Positions 23,576 through 38,500 of a stretch of DNA of 64,000 nt are shown in pieces. Below the pieces are notes generated by a model. That model saw only the letters and a list, made by a program, of their open reading frames with translations. It had not been told where the DNA came from and did not search any database. Position numbers and translations under genes: made by a program. The stretch covers positions 196,154 to 260,153 of the forward strand of contig CAJINV010000011.1 in NCBI GenBank assembly GCA_905178155.1, written 5' to 3'. This stretch comes from Amoebophrya sp. A120. Lineage: Eukaryota; Protista; Dinoflagellata. Numbering within the stretch: the first letter of the stretch is position 1; every line of letters begins with the position of its first letter.

Positions 23576-26500
23576 CTATCTCTTTCGACCGGTTGTTTTG
23601 TTTTCGACTATGAGCAGCTGCTCCCTGATGCCCAGACAGTCCGGATCGTTCGATAGCGATATCGTGACCGGCATATTGCTCCTTTCCAGAGGCAGCTGCG
23701 CTGTCTCACTTCGTTGCCTTTCCGAATTGCGACCACCCTCCGCAGGAGCAAGAACCCGGTCTTCACGTGGGTAGTACATCATCAGGTTCTGCGCGACTTC
23801 CCGAAGCTCTCTTCTCAGCAAGCGACACCCTTCCCCGGTTGGAAGACAAGCGGAGCCCGTCACGGGGTGCCGCCCCGGGGCCAGGAAGACCAGTTGGCGG
23901 TACAGACGCCGGAACTTTTTGATATTCTGCAGACCATTCTTGCCGAAATAGTCTTCCTCTGCGAAGGAAAATTTTTGACCGCCGTCGGAGGTCTGCAACC
24001 CGACGACCGTGAAATCGTATTCATCTTCTACACCAGCTGCAGGCGGTGGTCGGATAAAAAGTACCACATCCTCGCCGAAGTGCCCACTCGCAAGCAGCCA
24101 CAACCAACTTCGGCCTGCTGGCAGGAGTGTCGCGCCGAGCACTTTGATTTTCGAGCCCTCGTCGAGCACGTCAGCACCAACTGCAATGTGCGAGTACTCG
24201 TCCACGGGGGGCGGCGGGGCACGGCCGAGAAGGCGTTGCGTGAGGCGGTCAGAGGAATCCGGTCTGGTAGATGGTACAAACGTCCGAAGGCGAGACGCCC
24301 AAGGAAACACCGCGTCGCGCTGCGCAGGAGCATTTCGTCCTGCTGGTTTTGCACCGGCGAGGTCATCCGTTCTCGAGGGGAGGATTTGGACGGACATACC
24401 GGAATCAGTAGAGATGAGATTTTCACTTTCACGACAACAGATCACAGCCGCAGCTGGCGGCACTGAGGGCGATGTCGTCATTCTTTCACCTCGAAAGCCC
24501 CTGACCGCATTGTTGAACCAGGTCCAGCGGGGAATGAGTGGGGATATGGAGCCCCCGCTGAACGCATATAGCCTGTCTTGGTCGTCCCTCAACACGTTGC
24601 CGCACGCAGAAGAGTGGGAAAGAAATTTCGGTAGCCGAGCCAGTGTCTCGGCGATCGGTGGAAAGAAATTTGGGCAGCGTACAAGCCCTCCTGTAGGCCC
24701 AGGAGCCACGCCGCTGCTGTCACGGCCGGCGCGTAAAAAGCACTGCAAGTTTGAGGGGCCATAGCCGAGATCCGAGTAGTTCCCAAAAGAAACATAGTCT
24801 TCGAGGATTTGTAAATCCTGACCTGAAGATGATGTAGTTGTTCCCAATTCGCGTTTCAAGGCTTTTACAAATTTTTCGTTGCTGTCACGAGACGAATCCG
24901 TTAGCGGGCTGCGGAAAATAGTTGTCGGGGCTCGAGCGTAGTTGGATAAAAAGTTCAAAGCAAATTCTCTTGCCGCAAAATCCACATCGACTCGTCCATA
25001 GACGACGGCATTGGAAAGAGAAGCCAATCCGACTCCGAGCAAAAATTTGCGAGCTAGCACGGCAGAACCTTCAACACGACCTCCTTCGGGTGGTCTACTT
25101 CCGGAAGCAAATTTGTTGATCTGGGGATACGACACAGGATGGCGTCCTGTACCGAGACCGCGTCCACAACCCGGCCCGGCCGACGCCCAATCGATGAGCC
25201 TCGAGGCATTTCCCGCGGTTCGCGACAAGGTGCGGCGCCACGCTTCATAGCGTTTCTTGTCGCACTGCACGGAGTTTAGCTGCGAATCAAGCCGATACAG
25301 TTCGAAGGTTGTGAGCGAATCGCTAAAGCTGCCACCGTCTAAGTCAAAACGGTACTCCAGCGCCTTGTGGAACGCTCGGAGACCTTTCATCGTCGGGACT
25401 AAATTACCGGATTTGCTTGAGCTGGTGCCGCCCAAGCGAGGTGGAAGACCTTGATGTAGCGGATCGTCCTCCTGTTCGATGCAAGCCGCCAGAACCACCG
25501 CTTCGCGAAAGCGGTCGTGCAGGTCAGGATCCATCGCCCATCCCAGGAAAACGAGGGAAGCGGCCGCGAGAGGCGCTCCGGGGAGGTGCATCGCTACGAG
25601 ACCAAGAAGTGTCAGCTCGCTGTTGTCATCCAGGAAGAGTTGGCGGCGCAGTTGCAGCACCGCCTCCGGAACCAGTCCTGGATTGGGTGGGGCCGGCAGC
25701 TGCGCGAGGTGATGGTCGAACGCGCTCGCTGATGCTGTCGTGGAGGTTTCATTCGCATTCCCAGTTGTAGTCTCTTCACCTACTTCTACCGGCCGAAACT
25801 TCCAACACGAGTCCGCTGCTGCCCAGTGCGTGCAGACCCGTTTAGTTGATGTCGACCCGCGATGAACAACGTCGATAAAGCCGGGATAGCACCAAGAATC
25901 TTGTTCGCCGGAGCTGCTGATGCTGCCCGAGTCGGAAGTAGATTTGTCGTCCGCCAAGATTATTTTTCTCGCCAGGCTCCTGCGTGCGTGCTCCACTTCG
26001 AGCAAAACGCGTCGCAAGTCGAGGTCGGCCAGTTCGCCGCAATCTCCAGTCAAACGAAGGTGGTCGTACAGCATTTTCGGAAAAAGGCGCACACAAGTTC
26101 CCAGTTGGACGCGGCCGGCTCGCCCTTTCCGCTGGTCCATGGCCGAGGCCGTAGCCCACCGCAACTGCGACCGCTCCGTCCCGAGTCGCAAGTCGAAACG
26201 CCGGTGGAGTTGTAAGCCCAGATCCACCACGGCCAGCAGCTGTGGCAAGGTGTCGCCGGTTTCGCAGATGTTCGTTGCAAGCAGCAGTTGCACGGTTCCG
26301 GGCGGGACCGGACGGTATATCCTGTGAAAAAACGTCCCCACCCGAAAATATTTGTCATGCTAAACAGAAGTGCAAGAGCAAGTGCGGTGCACTTTGCCGT
26401 ACACCCTGCAAACGGCCAAAGATGGCTGTGACGCAGGCAAGGTAGGTCAGGCGGAAGCCGAAGTTCCAGCACCATATACATATTTTTCATGCAAATCTGT

Positions 26501-29500
26501 ATGTCCAGCTTCTCTCTTATACTTTTATCCGCAGCCCTGTAAGAACCATTTCCGAACCTTAGTTAGTCTGATAATTAGTCACACTAAATCGACCGACACC
26601 ACAAACGTGCCTCGCAAGTTCCCCTTCCGCAGATGGTTGGGCCTCCAAAGCACGGAGTCAGACGGACCACGCTAATGAGCATCGTCGTCTTCACCCTCGG
26701 GCACTTTTGCTATACTTAGCACCGTACTCGCCAACATACGTTTATAGCTCGCCAGCTTTGCCACACTTATTAATTTGCCGACGTGCGCTTATAGCTCGCC
26801 AGCTTTGCCACACTTATTTGCCAACGCGCGTTTATAGCTCGCCAGCTTTGCCATTGCCACACTTACTTATTTGTCAACATGCGTTTATAGCTCGCCAGCA
26901 TTGCCAAATCTATGCGCCAACACGCGTTTATAGCTCGCCAGCTTTGCCTCACTTATTTCTTGCCAACATGCGTGTATAGCTGGCCAGCATTGCCAAAGGA
27001 AATTTATCTGCGTGTGCCACAATGCATTTATAGTTTGCCAACTTTTTCTTCACAATAGCGCCAACATGCGTTTAGAGCTCGCCAGCTGCCAGCAGCTACC
27101 CTCCTGTTTTGTAAGCGATTCTTCTGTGCACGTTTTTTGGGGGAATGATTTGACCGTCGTGGGGCTTTGGAATTGTGCAGCACAGAAAACGGGATAGTTA
27201 GTTGTTTCTTGAATCTCCAAAATTGTGCCTCTTTGTTATGATGGGAATGAGATCAGTGGAGACGCTTTGACTCAGGATACGGTAGCGTGCATGGTTTGCC
27301 TCTTCTGCAAGGTCGCGGTGGCACAGGGTGTGCTGAATGTTCAGATCTGCAAAACAGGATGACCCATCATTTGTTTTTCCGGATAGAAAGAAAGACGAAC
27401 TCTTGCGAAGCAACTGCTCGCACCGCTGCAACATGCCCATGGTCGGCAAAAAGATCAGGATCTTGCCGCCTTCTTCGCGGCATATTGACAGGTATTTTTC
27501 GACTAGTGATTCTAAAACTGGCACAAGCAAGTGCAGAAAATAAACCTGTAGACGCTGTATTAACCGCTCCGAAGATGCGAATGGTGGAATGGCGGGCATT
27601 TTTTCGTCCTCCGCTGGGTCGATATGAGGATTGTTCTGAGAGGTGTTGGCACGACATGATAGCCTACTCACGCGTTTTGCCAAATCTGCTAATGCACCGA
27701 CGGAAGGGCATTTCTCCAGCGCATTGTCGCGGTGTAGATCATGATCTGGCGGCAAATTAGTAGACGATACCCCTTCCGCTTCCTCCAGGTCGGCAAGGTC
27801 AGTACTTTCGGCGGCAGCAGAGCCCGTCTCATCCGCATCCTCCACCCGCACAGGAGCCGCGCCGTCTGCACTGGCGGCTTCTGACTGAGTAATAAAGGCT
27901 TGAAGGCAACTCCACACGACATCGGCGACGGTACTTACAGCCTTCTTCGTCTTTATTTTCGTTTCCCGGGCGAGGGAGGTCTGCGGCAGGAGCGACAACA
28001 GGTCTTCCAGGTGCAGCGCGTCGATTCGAAAAGGATGCGACCCAGCAACCCGCACTACCGGACTGCTGGTCGCGGACGATGCTTTTTCCCGACTGGAAGA
28101 CGTTGACGAGACCGTGGTCTGTCGTTTTTTCTTCGACTGCATCTCAAAATCGAGCACCTCCTCAGGTTTATTCGTTTTTGCACAGGATCGAAACAAGTCT
28201 TCTTCGTCGCTGGTCGTCAAAACATACCCGAGTGGCGCGAAATAGCGCTTTACACCCCGCACAGCTTCCAGCGTCGCGGACATCAGGACTAGTCGCGTGT
28301 GGCACAGCGAGGGGTCGCTCAGCAGGGCCCGTAGCAGGAAGCACAAAATGTCCAGGTCAAACGACCGCTCGTGGATCTCATCCAGCATGATGTGGCTGTA
28401 TTCGCGGATAAGATCCGGATTTCGAAGCAGTTTCTGCTTCAGCGTGCCCACCGTGTAAAAAACGATAGGACTTGTCCCGCCCATGTCCTGGTCATCTTGA
28501 GAAATTTGATACGTCGCGACCGGGTGGTGTTGCGTTTGATTTGTTCCTGTTGTAGTTCCTGCAAGAAACCTCGTATGTTTGTTTCTCTGGAAGTGGTTTT
28601 TACCGCTACCACACGTAACCCGGTAGTTCCATTCGACTCCGCAAACGGTGTTGATCCGTCTGGCGCACTCGCGGGCGGAGTCTCTCCGCGGCTGCGTGAC
28701 TGCAATGCGACATGCCATTTTTCGCACTTGGAGTTGGTGGTGCGCCAAAATCAGCGGTGCCAGGGTGCTCTTTCCGCTCCCAGTGGCACCTTCGAGAAGC
28801 ACGACTCGGTTCTGGGTCAAGGCCTGCAGGAACGGCGAGCGCTCTTGTTGTGTGGTATAGTTTTTCTGGTGTGTTCCTCTCCTCGCAGCTCCACTTCTAT
28901 GATTTTCGTTGATTTGACTTTTCTGCACGAAAAAATGAACGTTGCTGCGCTGTTCGCTCATCTTCAGACGCGGGTCATTGCCACCTCCGTCAGCGTTCGC
29001 CATTCCAGTGTCGATTGCTTCGAGAAGCTCGCTCGGAACGTCGTCTGGCCCGTATCCGGAAATTTCGCGAGGAGCGACAAACCGCGTGTCGTGTAAATCC
29101 GCTCTGTTTGAAGTTAAAAACTCCTTCGCAGCCGGAAGTAGAACCTCGCTGGTACTATCAAACTCCGAGGAGTGGTCTGCGCGAACTCGCTTTCCCCGAC
29201 GAAGTCCCCCGGAACTGAGGTGCTTCGTCTGTGCAGCTCGTATAGCTGTGGAGGTTTCGTCGTCGCTAGAGGTGGATAGATCTGGCTCACTAGTGCTGCT
29301 GTAGTCTGGCGCAAAAATATTGTCTTTCGGTGTTATTCCAGCGCAAAAGGCCTCGTTGCTACACAGAATCGCTGAGAAGCTTTTCTGGACGAATGCGCGA
29401 CTGGGCCGAAGCGACAACAAGCTTTTTGAAGGTCCTCGCACGCGATGCCTGGCCAGCATTGTATCTCTCCTGCTCTCGCTATCGGTTTCATGGTGCACCT

Positions 29501-32500
29501 GCCCCTCTGCTACATCACGGCAGCTGCGGTCATCAAAGACGGTCGTGCGGCTCCAGCGCGGCCGCTTGTCCAGAACCTCCTCGAGCAGCACTGAGGCCTG
29601 ATCCAGAATATGAATACCACCGCCTGCGTGGCTGCACGACGGCAGCTTCGGAGGACGCAGATGCTCCAGCTGCAGCATGGCAAATGCCTCCTCGGTGGGC
29701 GGAAGTAAGGCAACCTCGTAGACCAGATCCGTGCTGCGCAGCTGAGTGGTCCTCATAGGAGAAGTGGTCCTGGAACCCGAGGACCTTGCACTGTCGGTTT
29801 TACGACAGCAGGCTCGCATCAGATCTTGAAGGCAGGAGGCTTCGTCCTTCCCCGCCGGCGCTGCGGAAAAGGAAGATTGTCTTCGTGATCGGCAAAATTG
29901 TGTCATCCCGACAGCACGAAACTTCCGGACTCGATTCACCAAATGCAGCTGAGCGATGGTAAGCTCTCTTTCCAGCAGGATTGGCATCTGAGTCGCACCA
30001 TACCGGAGACCGATTACGCGCAGCGGAATGGCTTTTTCAGAAAAGGATGGCGCCTGTAGCGAATTATGAAGCGAGAGCGAGATGAGTATGAGTCTTATCT
30101 TTTTGGAGAAGAGGATGAAATCATGATGATGGCCTCCTTGTGAAGACATGTTTGCGACGATGAGGAAATCCTTGCGATGAATGTGTTCTACTCAACACAA
30201 CAAATGGATAGTCCACTACTTCGATGTAAGGTACCATTGCCGTTTGCACATGCACAAGAACGGTCACTCCGTACTGAAACACCGGTGTACTTGCCAGCTG
30301 CAGGAGGATCGCGAAGTTTTCGGAAGGCATCAAAGTCGCGTTTCGAAACAAAACCCGGTGTCGGTGTTCGTCCTGCACAATACTCCAGGGGACGCAATAC
30401 GCCTTTGGATTCGCGCGCACGACTTGTTGGTCCTGTTCGTCGACGAGTTCTTCGGCTTGGTCTTTCGTCATCGTCGAGTGAACTCGACAAGACCCGTTCC
30501 CGTCCTGCGGAGGTATGCCACATGAAGCCCGGTGGTCGAAGCGCAGATGATTGGTCCTGCTCTTGTCTCCAGTTGCGGCACGGGTTTTCTCTTCGAAAAG
30601 ACCGTCCTCGTGGACAAGAGGTGGTCGGTCACACAGCGCACTGTGAGTACCATTATTAAGTCGCTGTCTGTCGTCAGGGTCCTGTTGCGTACCGCAGAAG
30701 TCGGTGGAGCATTCGGTGGATGAATCCACTTCAGGAAAAAGCAAGTAGCGATGCATGATGCTGCTTATCGGACCTCCCGCTGCCTCTGCCACGAAAAACA
30801 AATTGGGTTGCTCAGCCCCGTTTCCTTTCTTTGCTTCAGTGCTCCACCGCGCCATGAAGCTCTGCGGCGTCCAAATCCACTCCACCTGGAGCGGATGCTG
30901 TATCTTAAGCCGAGCCTTCGGATTCATGCCCTCGTACTCCGGAATGAGAATCTCCAGTGCGTATTGTGTCGAGACTGAGGCGGCCCCTTCGCTGGTGCCA
31001 TCTGCTTGTAAAGCTCTTGCAGCTGCAAGAGCTGCAGCATACCCGTGTGACGGCGGCGCATGATTTTCCTCATACGTCGGACGTGCACGAGAAGCATTTG
31101 TTCCACTCATCTTCGGGACGACGTGAAGATAAAGAAAGTTCTGTGCAGCTGCTGTGTCGACAGTATTAATGCCTTCCTCGCATGATGTTTTCCCGGTCCT
31201 CCGATTTTTCCGTCGAATTATGTCGCCCGGCCCTTGTATGTCAGCGTATACACCCTGCACGCGATACCCTGAATCCGTGAAGAGCTGGGAGAGTGACTCA
31301 TTCTGCCGCATTGAGTCTTCGAAAAATAAACTTCTCCTCGCTGCATCCACTAAAGGAGAATGCTTTTGCTTCGACGACGAATGATCTGAGTGCGAAGACG
31401 ACCGTTGATAAAGCCATTTCACGGGCCATGCGTTCTGGCTTCCAGCAGTCCCACTTCCGAGCGGGATCTGCACCATGTCTTTCCAGCATGAAGTAATCGC
31501 GTTTATCTTCTCTCCAGGGCACCTACTTTCGATAATCTTTCGCATGCTCTCGTAACTTTCCTGTCCCGCTGGCTGGACGGTCGCCAGAGTTTGGCCCATC
31601 ATCATACGCTCAGGAAAAGCCGATATAAGCAGCGCAGCAAGGCTCTCCCGGTTGACTTGAAATTGAAACGCTTCATTGTCGTTACAGCGAAATGGTGTCG
31701 ACGCTCTGGGTGAGGGCATACGCCATCTTAAAACTCCTTCTTCGGACGCGCAGCCAGAGCCAGCCTCGGGAAAGAGCGCGTGCCACAGTGCCGCTGCGGT
31801 GAGAGCTCCGCTTCTGCCGCTTTCGAGTACATTGAGGAAGTGCTGCAAGATTCTTTCTGCCTCGGGGGCAGCACATAGCTTATTGGTCAGCAAAGCCCGT
31901 GCCACGCGTCGCATTCGCTTGAAACACAACAGAAAAAGATCAGGTTTAAGATGTCGCCGAGAACTACTATTTTTCACTATTGAGGAGGATTCTCTTACAT
32001 CATGACGTGAGTCAAAGCTTCTATACGTTCCTTGAGTTGAAGTTGTTTGTGAAGAACCATCGAGAATGGCGCCTCCGAAATACCTCTGCAATAGATCGCC
32101 ATGAGTCCTCGCAGTGGTGGTGCCGCTGGGGGCAGACGGACGGTCCGCAGAAGACGCCACGGCAGCTTCGACGTTTTTTGTGCGGGCACGACCGTCCTTC
32201 CTGGGCTCGACAGCAGCCTGAGGCGGCAGAGACAGCGTCCAGAGGTGAAAGTCGTAAAGCGCATTGTGCAGGTCGCGAAGCAGTGGCTCAAAGTCACTCC
32301 ACGCGTTTGAATTCGATGTAGTTCTTGCAGAATCTTCTTTATCTTCCCCACAGTTGGTAGCGCTATCCGAGGACAACTCCGAGGACGACCGTGCTTTCAC
32401 CTCTGAATTTGCACTCGGAGAAGACCAGCCGTCCGGAAAGCAGTCTTCGACACTTGCAAGCAGCAACCCCATCCCGACGTGCTTGTGTAAAATGGCGACG

Positions 32501-35500
32501 TGCAGGAAGCGAGCTCCTGAAAGATCCAACGGCAGCGTTGCGCAAAAACGTCCAAGCAGCGTTACCTGGTAATCAACGTGAAAGTTTGTGGTCTTAGACG
32601 AATGTGTGGAGAACAGAGTGCTATTTATTTTCTCGGCTATAATCTTCTGCGATTTGTGATCCTCGGCAGTCATGATACCCGCACTTTTATATCCAGGAGG
32701 AACTGGTTTCGTTTTCGGGCGGCTCCGCAAAGTGCACTCGCTATCGTCTTCTCCTACTCGTCCACCCACGACGCGCTGCAGCAGGCCAAGCGATTGGTAA
32801 TACACTAGGGGACGCAAGAGGGCTTCCCGCAGTGGCGTGGTGAAGAGCTCCATGGCCACGCGGCAAAGTCTGGAGGGAAATCGCTGGTCGAGAACTTCAT
32901 TTTTTCCCACCGGCGGCACAGGTCGGGACGTACCTGTAGATTTCTCGCCGCCTGCTTCGTGAGCCATCGGTTGAACGGATTTTCGTGCCCGCGCCTGCGG
33001 AAAGTGCGACGGCCGCAGCATGCTCCGCGCACCAAGCTTTCGTCGCTTCACCGCAAAGACCCAATCATGCAGACTTTCCAGCCGGAGAAGAAACTTTGCC
33101 GAGCATAGTACTGCGTTACGCTGCTCCCGAGTGGAACAAGAACGCGCATCTTGCCTACTTGGCATCACCTCTCGGTAAATGCTCTCGGGGTACAGTCGAT
33201 AGCAAACCCCAGAACAGGTTCTACCAGTGCGGCCGCGACGCTGCTCGGCCGAGGTTTGGCTTGCCCAGACGGTCCGCAACCCACGCAGCCCCGTGGACGG
33301 ATCGAATTGCACCTGTCGTGAGAAACCGGCGTCAACTACGGCGGTCACGTGGGGAATTGTCAAAGAAGTTTCGGCGATATTCGTGGCAAGAAACACGTTC
33401 CTGCAATTCGGCTGCTTGACTACGAGTGAGAAAGGGACGCGAAGATCTCCCCAGCGAGTTGGTCTGCACCTGTTCTTCCTGCTACGCACCGATGGTGCAC
33501 CTCTGTTGCGAACAGCCTTATCCGCAGTTCTTGCGCGGCGTGGTTCTGCTGCTGCTGTTATATCCGGCTCATGGTCGACGTGAGTAGATATTTTTGAACA
33601 AGTAGAACTGCAAATGATGTCGATGATAGCATCAACGTCGGCGTTGATGTGCACAAGAACCTCCGCATCTTCTACATTATCACCGTCTACTACTTTCCAC
33701 GTGAAGCTGCGGCTGAATGTGCTAGGAAAATGAAGATCGTCGTTCTGACCAAAAATCGGACAACACATAAAATCATTCAAAAGCAGTGACTTCTCCTCTT
33801 CGGTGCGCACCCGTAAATGTTGGATCAGAAAATCCTGTGACCACTCACGGTCAACGTGAAGATCGGAATGCAGTGTGAAAACCCGCGTTGAAAGCAGGCT
33901 TGGAACGGCGATGCTGTGCAACTGCAGGCGGCGTTGCAGTTCCGCGTTGACGTCCCGGATCTGTGCCAACCCCGGTAGAAAGACAAGCACATTGCCAGAT
34001 GGAAGCGTCTTCTTCGTTAGCTCGGCGAGACAAATTCCGACGACGAGGTCAGCCAAGCGCGATCTCGTTGCGGACAGCTGGCCTGCAAGAACGTCTTCCC
34101 AGTTTCTCTCGTTATTTGGCGCAGGTTGAAGGTCTCTCATGTGCGACCTGAAGTTAGTATCACGAGGAAGTTCAGGACCAACATAAAGATTTTCGCGCAG
34201 CTGCTCCTTCTGCTTCATCTTTTCCTGCCGATGAGTAAGCTTCGCCTCCGTTGCCCACTGCTTTACCGTTTGCAAATATTCCACCACTGTCGGGCGGACG
34301 GCCTTTGGGAAAGATTGGACGGAATTCAAGTACAGGGTGGTGACGTTGTGGACCACCTGAGAAGTGTTAGAGCGGCTTACGACGATGCACTCCGTCGTCG
34401 GTATTGTTCTTAACTTCTCCACCATCACATGATCATCGTTGCTCGCAAAATACTTCCACAGAAGCCCTGCCTCCATAGTCGCGCTGAGCAGGACGACACG
34501 CAAGGTTGGAATCTGGATCCGAAGGGTTTTCACACAAAGGAGCACCAGCTCCAAATCTTCCGAAGACTCGTGCACCTCGTCGATCAGAAGGTGCGTGTAG
34601 GGGAATAGAAGTAGCTGCTGCTGCTTATCCCGGAAGACCATTTTTGCTCGTCCTGCCGATTTTGGTTTATTTCGCTTGATGCCGGATAATACTGAAGGAA
34701 GCTCAGCATCATGCTTCAAACCCGGTAAATACTTGTGCACGAATTCCTCAAGAAAAAACGCAGTTGTGGTCAGACAGATTTTCGTCTCGCCGGCTGACCA
34801 TTTCGATTCATCCGCGATGCGGTATCCGACGGTGCGACCGAAAATAGATTCTACTGGCACTCCTCTCACTACCGCAAGGTCTTTCGCAATCTGCGAACAG
34901 CACTCGCGCACCGCGAGGCGGCGGGGCTGCAGAACCAGAATCCGGGCTTCTTCCGGGCGGTGCAGAAAGGTGTACAGAGGAACGCGTGTCGTTTTTCCAC
35001 ATCCGGTGGTGCCAACCACGAAGAGAACCGGCAGTGGAGATTGCAAGAACCGGTTTTGGGACGTCCGTGTGCTGTGCTGGCCTGCTGCAGAAGCACACGA
35101 GGACCTATCTTCTTGTCTTCCGGTCGAAGTGTTCATCCACAGTTTCCGGACGATTTCTTCCCGGTGCACCGAAATTGGAAGTGGTAGGAGAGGATAATCA
35201 GGATCTTCAGGCGGTACTTCGTCTAGGAGCTTTTGCTCATTGCCATTTTGATTTATTTCTGTCGAAAGACATTCATGAGTTGCAACTGCATCAGGATCAG
35301 CGCTATCTTCTTTACCATCTACACGTACACCACTCAACACATCGTCGTACCCTGTCCTTGTAGCAAGGCTCTTTTGCTGGTCCTTCGGTTCAGACCCTGA
35401 GGCGACCTCGTCGCACTGGTCTCCTGCTGCTGAGTGCCCAAGAAGAACTCCGGAAGTACTTCTCGACGCGTACGTACTTCTACAGGGAAAAAGCTTCGAA

Positions 35501-38500
35501 TCGATCGCCGTCGGTGCACCAGCTGTACCTGCCGCGCAATTTGGATTTGCATTTGCCCTCATCGTCACCGTGGAACCAAACATCCGTAAGGCTTTGCGAA
35601 CCTCTCGTCGTCCCGTGTGCCGCACCTGCCGCACTTCCGAGTCACAAGGAACGCTTTTCGGAATTGGTTCCCGGGCGTCGGCAAACTGGCATGATTTTGG
35701 GGACTCGGGTGCTGCCATTTCTAGCGCAAACTGCCGGAAGCGCTGCTGTGGATCGTCGTTGATCGTACCGTCCAGGCCTTCTGCTTCTGGCTCGACAGTC
35801 ATGGTGGTGTCACTTGTTTTTTTCGAATGAGTTATCGCATTGGAACCTGAACGGCAGAGTTTTGATGTCGATGCGCGATCAGTACAAAAATGTAGTGCAT
35901 CTGAAGGAGTAAAAATCTTCGCTGGCTTTTTATTCCCCGAAAGTTCAGCATCAGCTTCTTCCACAACGTGCCGATGGACCCACAGTCCGTAGTCTCGGGC
36001 AGTTCGCGCCGCGAATTCTCGGGGGGTCTCCTCGTACTCATCTCCTCCATGCGCCATTTCGCACTCCTGGCGAGGAGGGAGCGTCTGTGCGCAGGCGAAC
36101 GCATCAACAGTCCGCGCTGCGCAGCCTCCGTCCGTTGCAGCAGGCTGTCTCCGGACGACGAGATTGGTACCTGTCGGGTCCCCGATCTGCCGAAAGACCA
36201 GAGGGTGGCGTGTGCTCGTCGTGGCCTTGAACAAATCACCTGCGGAGCCGTCCGTGAACTTGAAGGCACTAGTACTACACGAAGATGGTGCTGTAGTTGT
36301 ACCAGCAGTCCTCGCCTGGTCAGAGTTGGTAGTTACCTTTCGTACCGCAGGAGCTGCTCCACCGACTGCCGCGTTTGTCTGCCCTCCGAGCTGCCAAAAA
36401 ACCCTCTCCACGCGGTCGGCGGGGAGACTGCGCAGGATAGCCGTCGCCAAGGGTTCGAGGAATCGCACGCGGTCGACGAGGTGCCGGAGAAGCCGGGGGG
36501 CGACGGCCGAATCTGCCTCTGCCAGAACGTGTCGCGACCGGTGATTTTCGATGCAGGGAAACATCGAGCTGGGACTACTTCCCACCTGGGCCAGTTCGTA
36601 GCCTGGACGATGCTTGAACAGAGGACCCAACCACTGGTCCACAAGTGTCCCGATGGAAATTTGCGACTCTCGATGTGGTTGGACAATGCCGCAAGAACTC
36701 CTAGTTCTACAAGGTGGACCTGGGGTGAGTGATTCGAGTTTTTTGCTCAGATCAAGATCGAAATTCACTTTGAACAACTTGCTGCTTCCTGACGATATCA
36801 AGTTCTGGCCACTTGTACTGGTCATCTGCCCAGGTCGTGATGGTAATATGCGAAGTTGCTGTAGATCGCGCCTCAACAGGGTCGAGAGATCGATCCACCG
36901 GGGCAAGAAAAGCTGCTCGCGGCCGAAAACTGCTGACACCGCGGTCATCTGCCGGCAAAGGTCGAAGGTCAGCACAGTGAGCTCCGGATTCACGTCACAA
37001 AGGTAGCTCTGCACGCACGACCGCAGGCGGTCTAGCATCGCGTCGAGGCCTTTTGGATCTGAGCACTCTCCGTCTGGATCGAGATATGGGGCTCGCAGCA
37101 GTAAGAAGTCGAAGATGAAGAAGTGACCGCCAACGCCGATCGTCAAGTAGCGGCAGGCGTGATTACAGACAAAGTGTTGACCTGTCAACAGTGGCACGAA
37201 GTCAAGCGCGAGAAATGCGCTTTCTTTGATTACGCTTCGCAGCCGAGCATCGCAGCTGTGTAAAACCTCCATCGAGGAGATCACCTGCATCAGCTTCTTC
37301 GGGACATTGAAGTGCAGCTCACGGATTCGGCCCGGCGCACATTGGAAAAGAGCAGCCCGAGGGTGGTCCATGCCGTTGCCAGTCGGAACAAGAGATTCCC
37401 GCCACTGGGTCTGGAGGGACTGTCGAAGAACAGAGGCGTTTTCTGGCAGCTGCAGTCCAAGAGGCATCGGTCGCGGGCGTTGAAGCTGAAGGCGAATCCA
37501 TTTTGCATACACTAGCGAAGACTGACGTAGAAGACCAAGCTGGTGCAACTCCGTGTCGAGAAAGGGTTCGGCTCCCGGGTTGTCAAAACGTTGCGGCATC
37601 TTTTCGCAAAAATTTCCATGCCTTATTAGCATGTTACCAAAAACGTCCCTGTTTGCAGCGAAAACCTTCTCCTCGAGAAAGACCAGCATTGCAGCCTTCC
37701 AATGCTTTTCTTGAATTTGGAAAATAGGAAGACCGGCGTAAACCGAAGAAGCTGGGCACCGTATTGGAAGGAATGTATCGGCAGTTATGTCCCAACCCAA
37801 ATTGTCGTCTTCGCGTTGATGTTCGGTCTGATTCATATTCAGTTCTCGCCCATATACATCCTGGGTCAGGTGCGCTAGCATTTCGTGGTATTGCAAGTGC
37901 TGCTGGTGGCTGCAAGAGCGACTCAGGTTACCACGACCCGAGCCCACACTCAACGGATCCTCGTACAAAAACATGCTGTGCTCGCCTCGATCTACGGCCA
38001 TGTACTCCCAAACGCGTCGGTACCGAGAATAAGCACTCCCACCGTCTTCCCCCTCAAGCATAGGGTCACTGCACCCTGGATCCTGGCCTGCGGCGATGCG
38101 CGCAAACGTCGCGAAGCTCGGACACTGGCCCACCGACCCCGATAGCGCACGCAGTGTTCGCATTTTGATCTCGAAGCAGAATCGTTCGGAAGCTTTCGCG
38201 TCCACCTGTGCCTGAGTCAGCCAGAATCTGTAGGTTTGCCAGCCTTTGTGTACCCCCTTTCGCCGACGAAAAACGTACCTTTCAAACAACTCCAGCACAT
38301 AGTCATCTGTCACGAGCCGCCGTTCTCGCCCTCGTTCGGGATGACGTTCTTTCGAAGCTGTGGCACAGTCGCTACTACACTGAGGCCGCTCGTCGCCCTC
38401 GATGTGCGGTGAGAAAAACATGGCGAGCAGACCTTCCAGGATGATTTTGCGTACCTCCGCAGGCAAGCCGAAGATGTTGATGTCCTCGTCGCGGCGCGCC

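Noticed and set aside
30121-30149. Two separate overlapping helicase genes or a programmed frameshift
   Set aside because: An in-frame GT-AG intron explains the overlap and completes a split domain; not fully excluded without cDNA.
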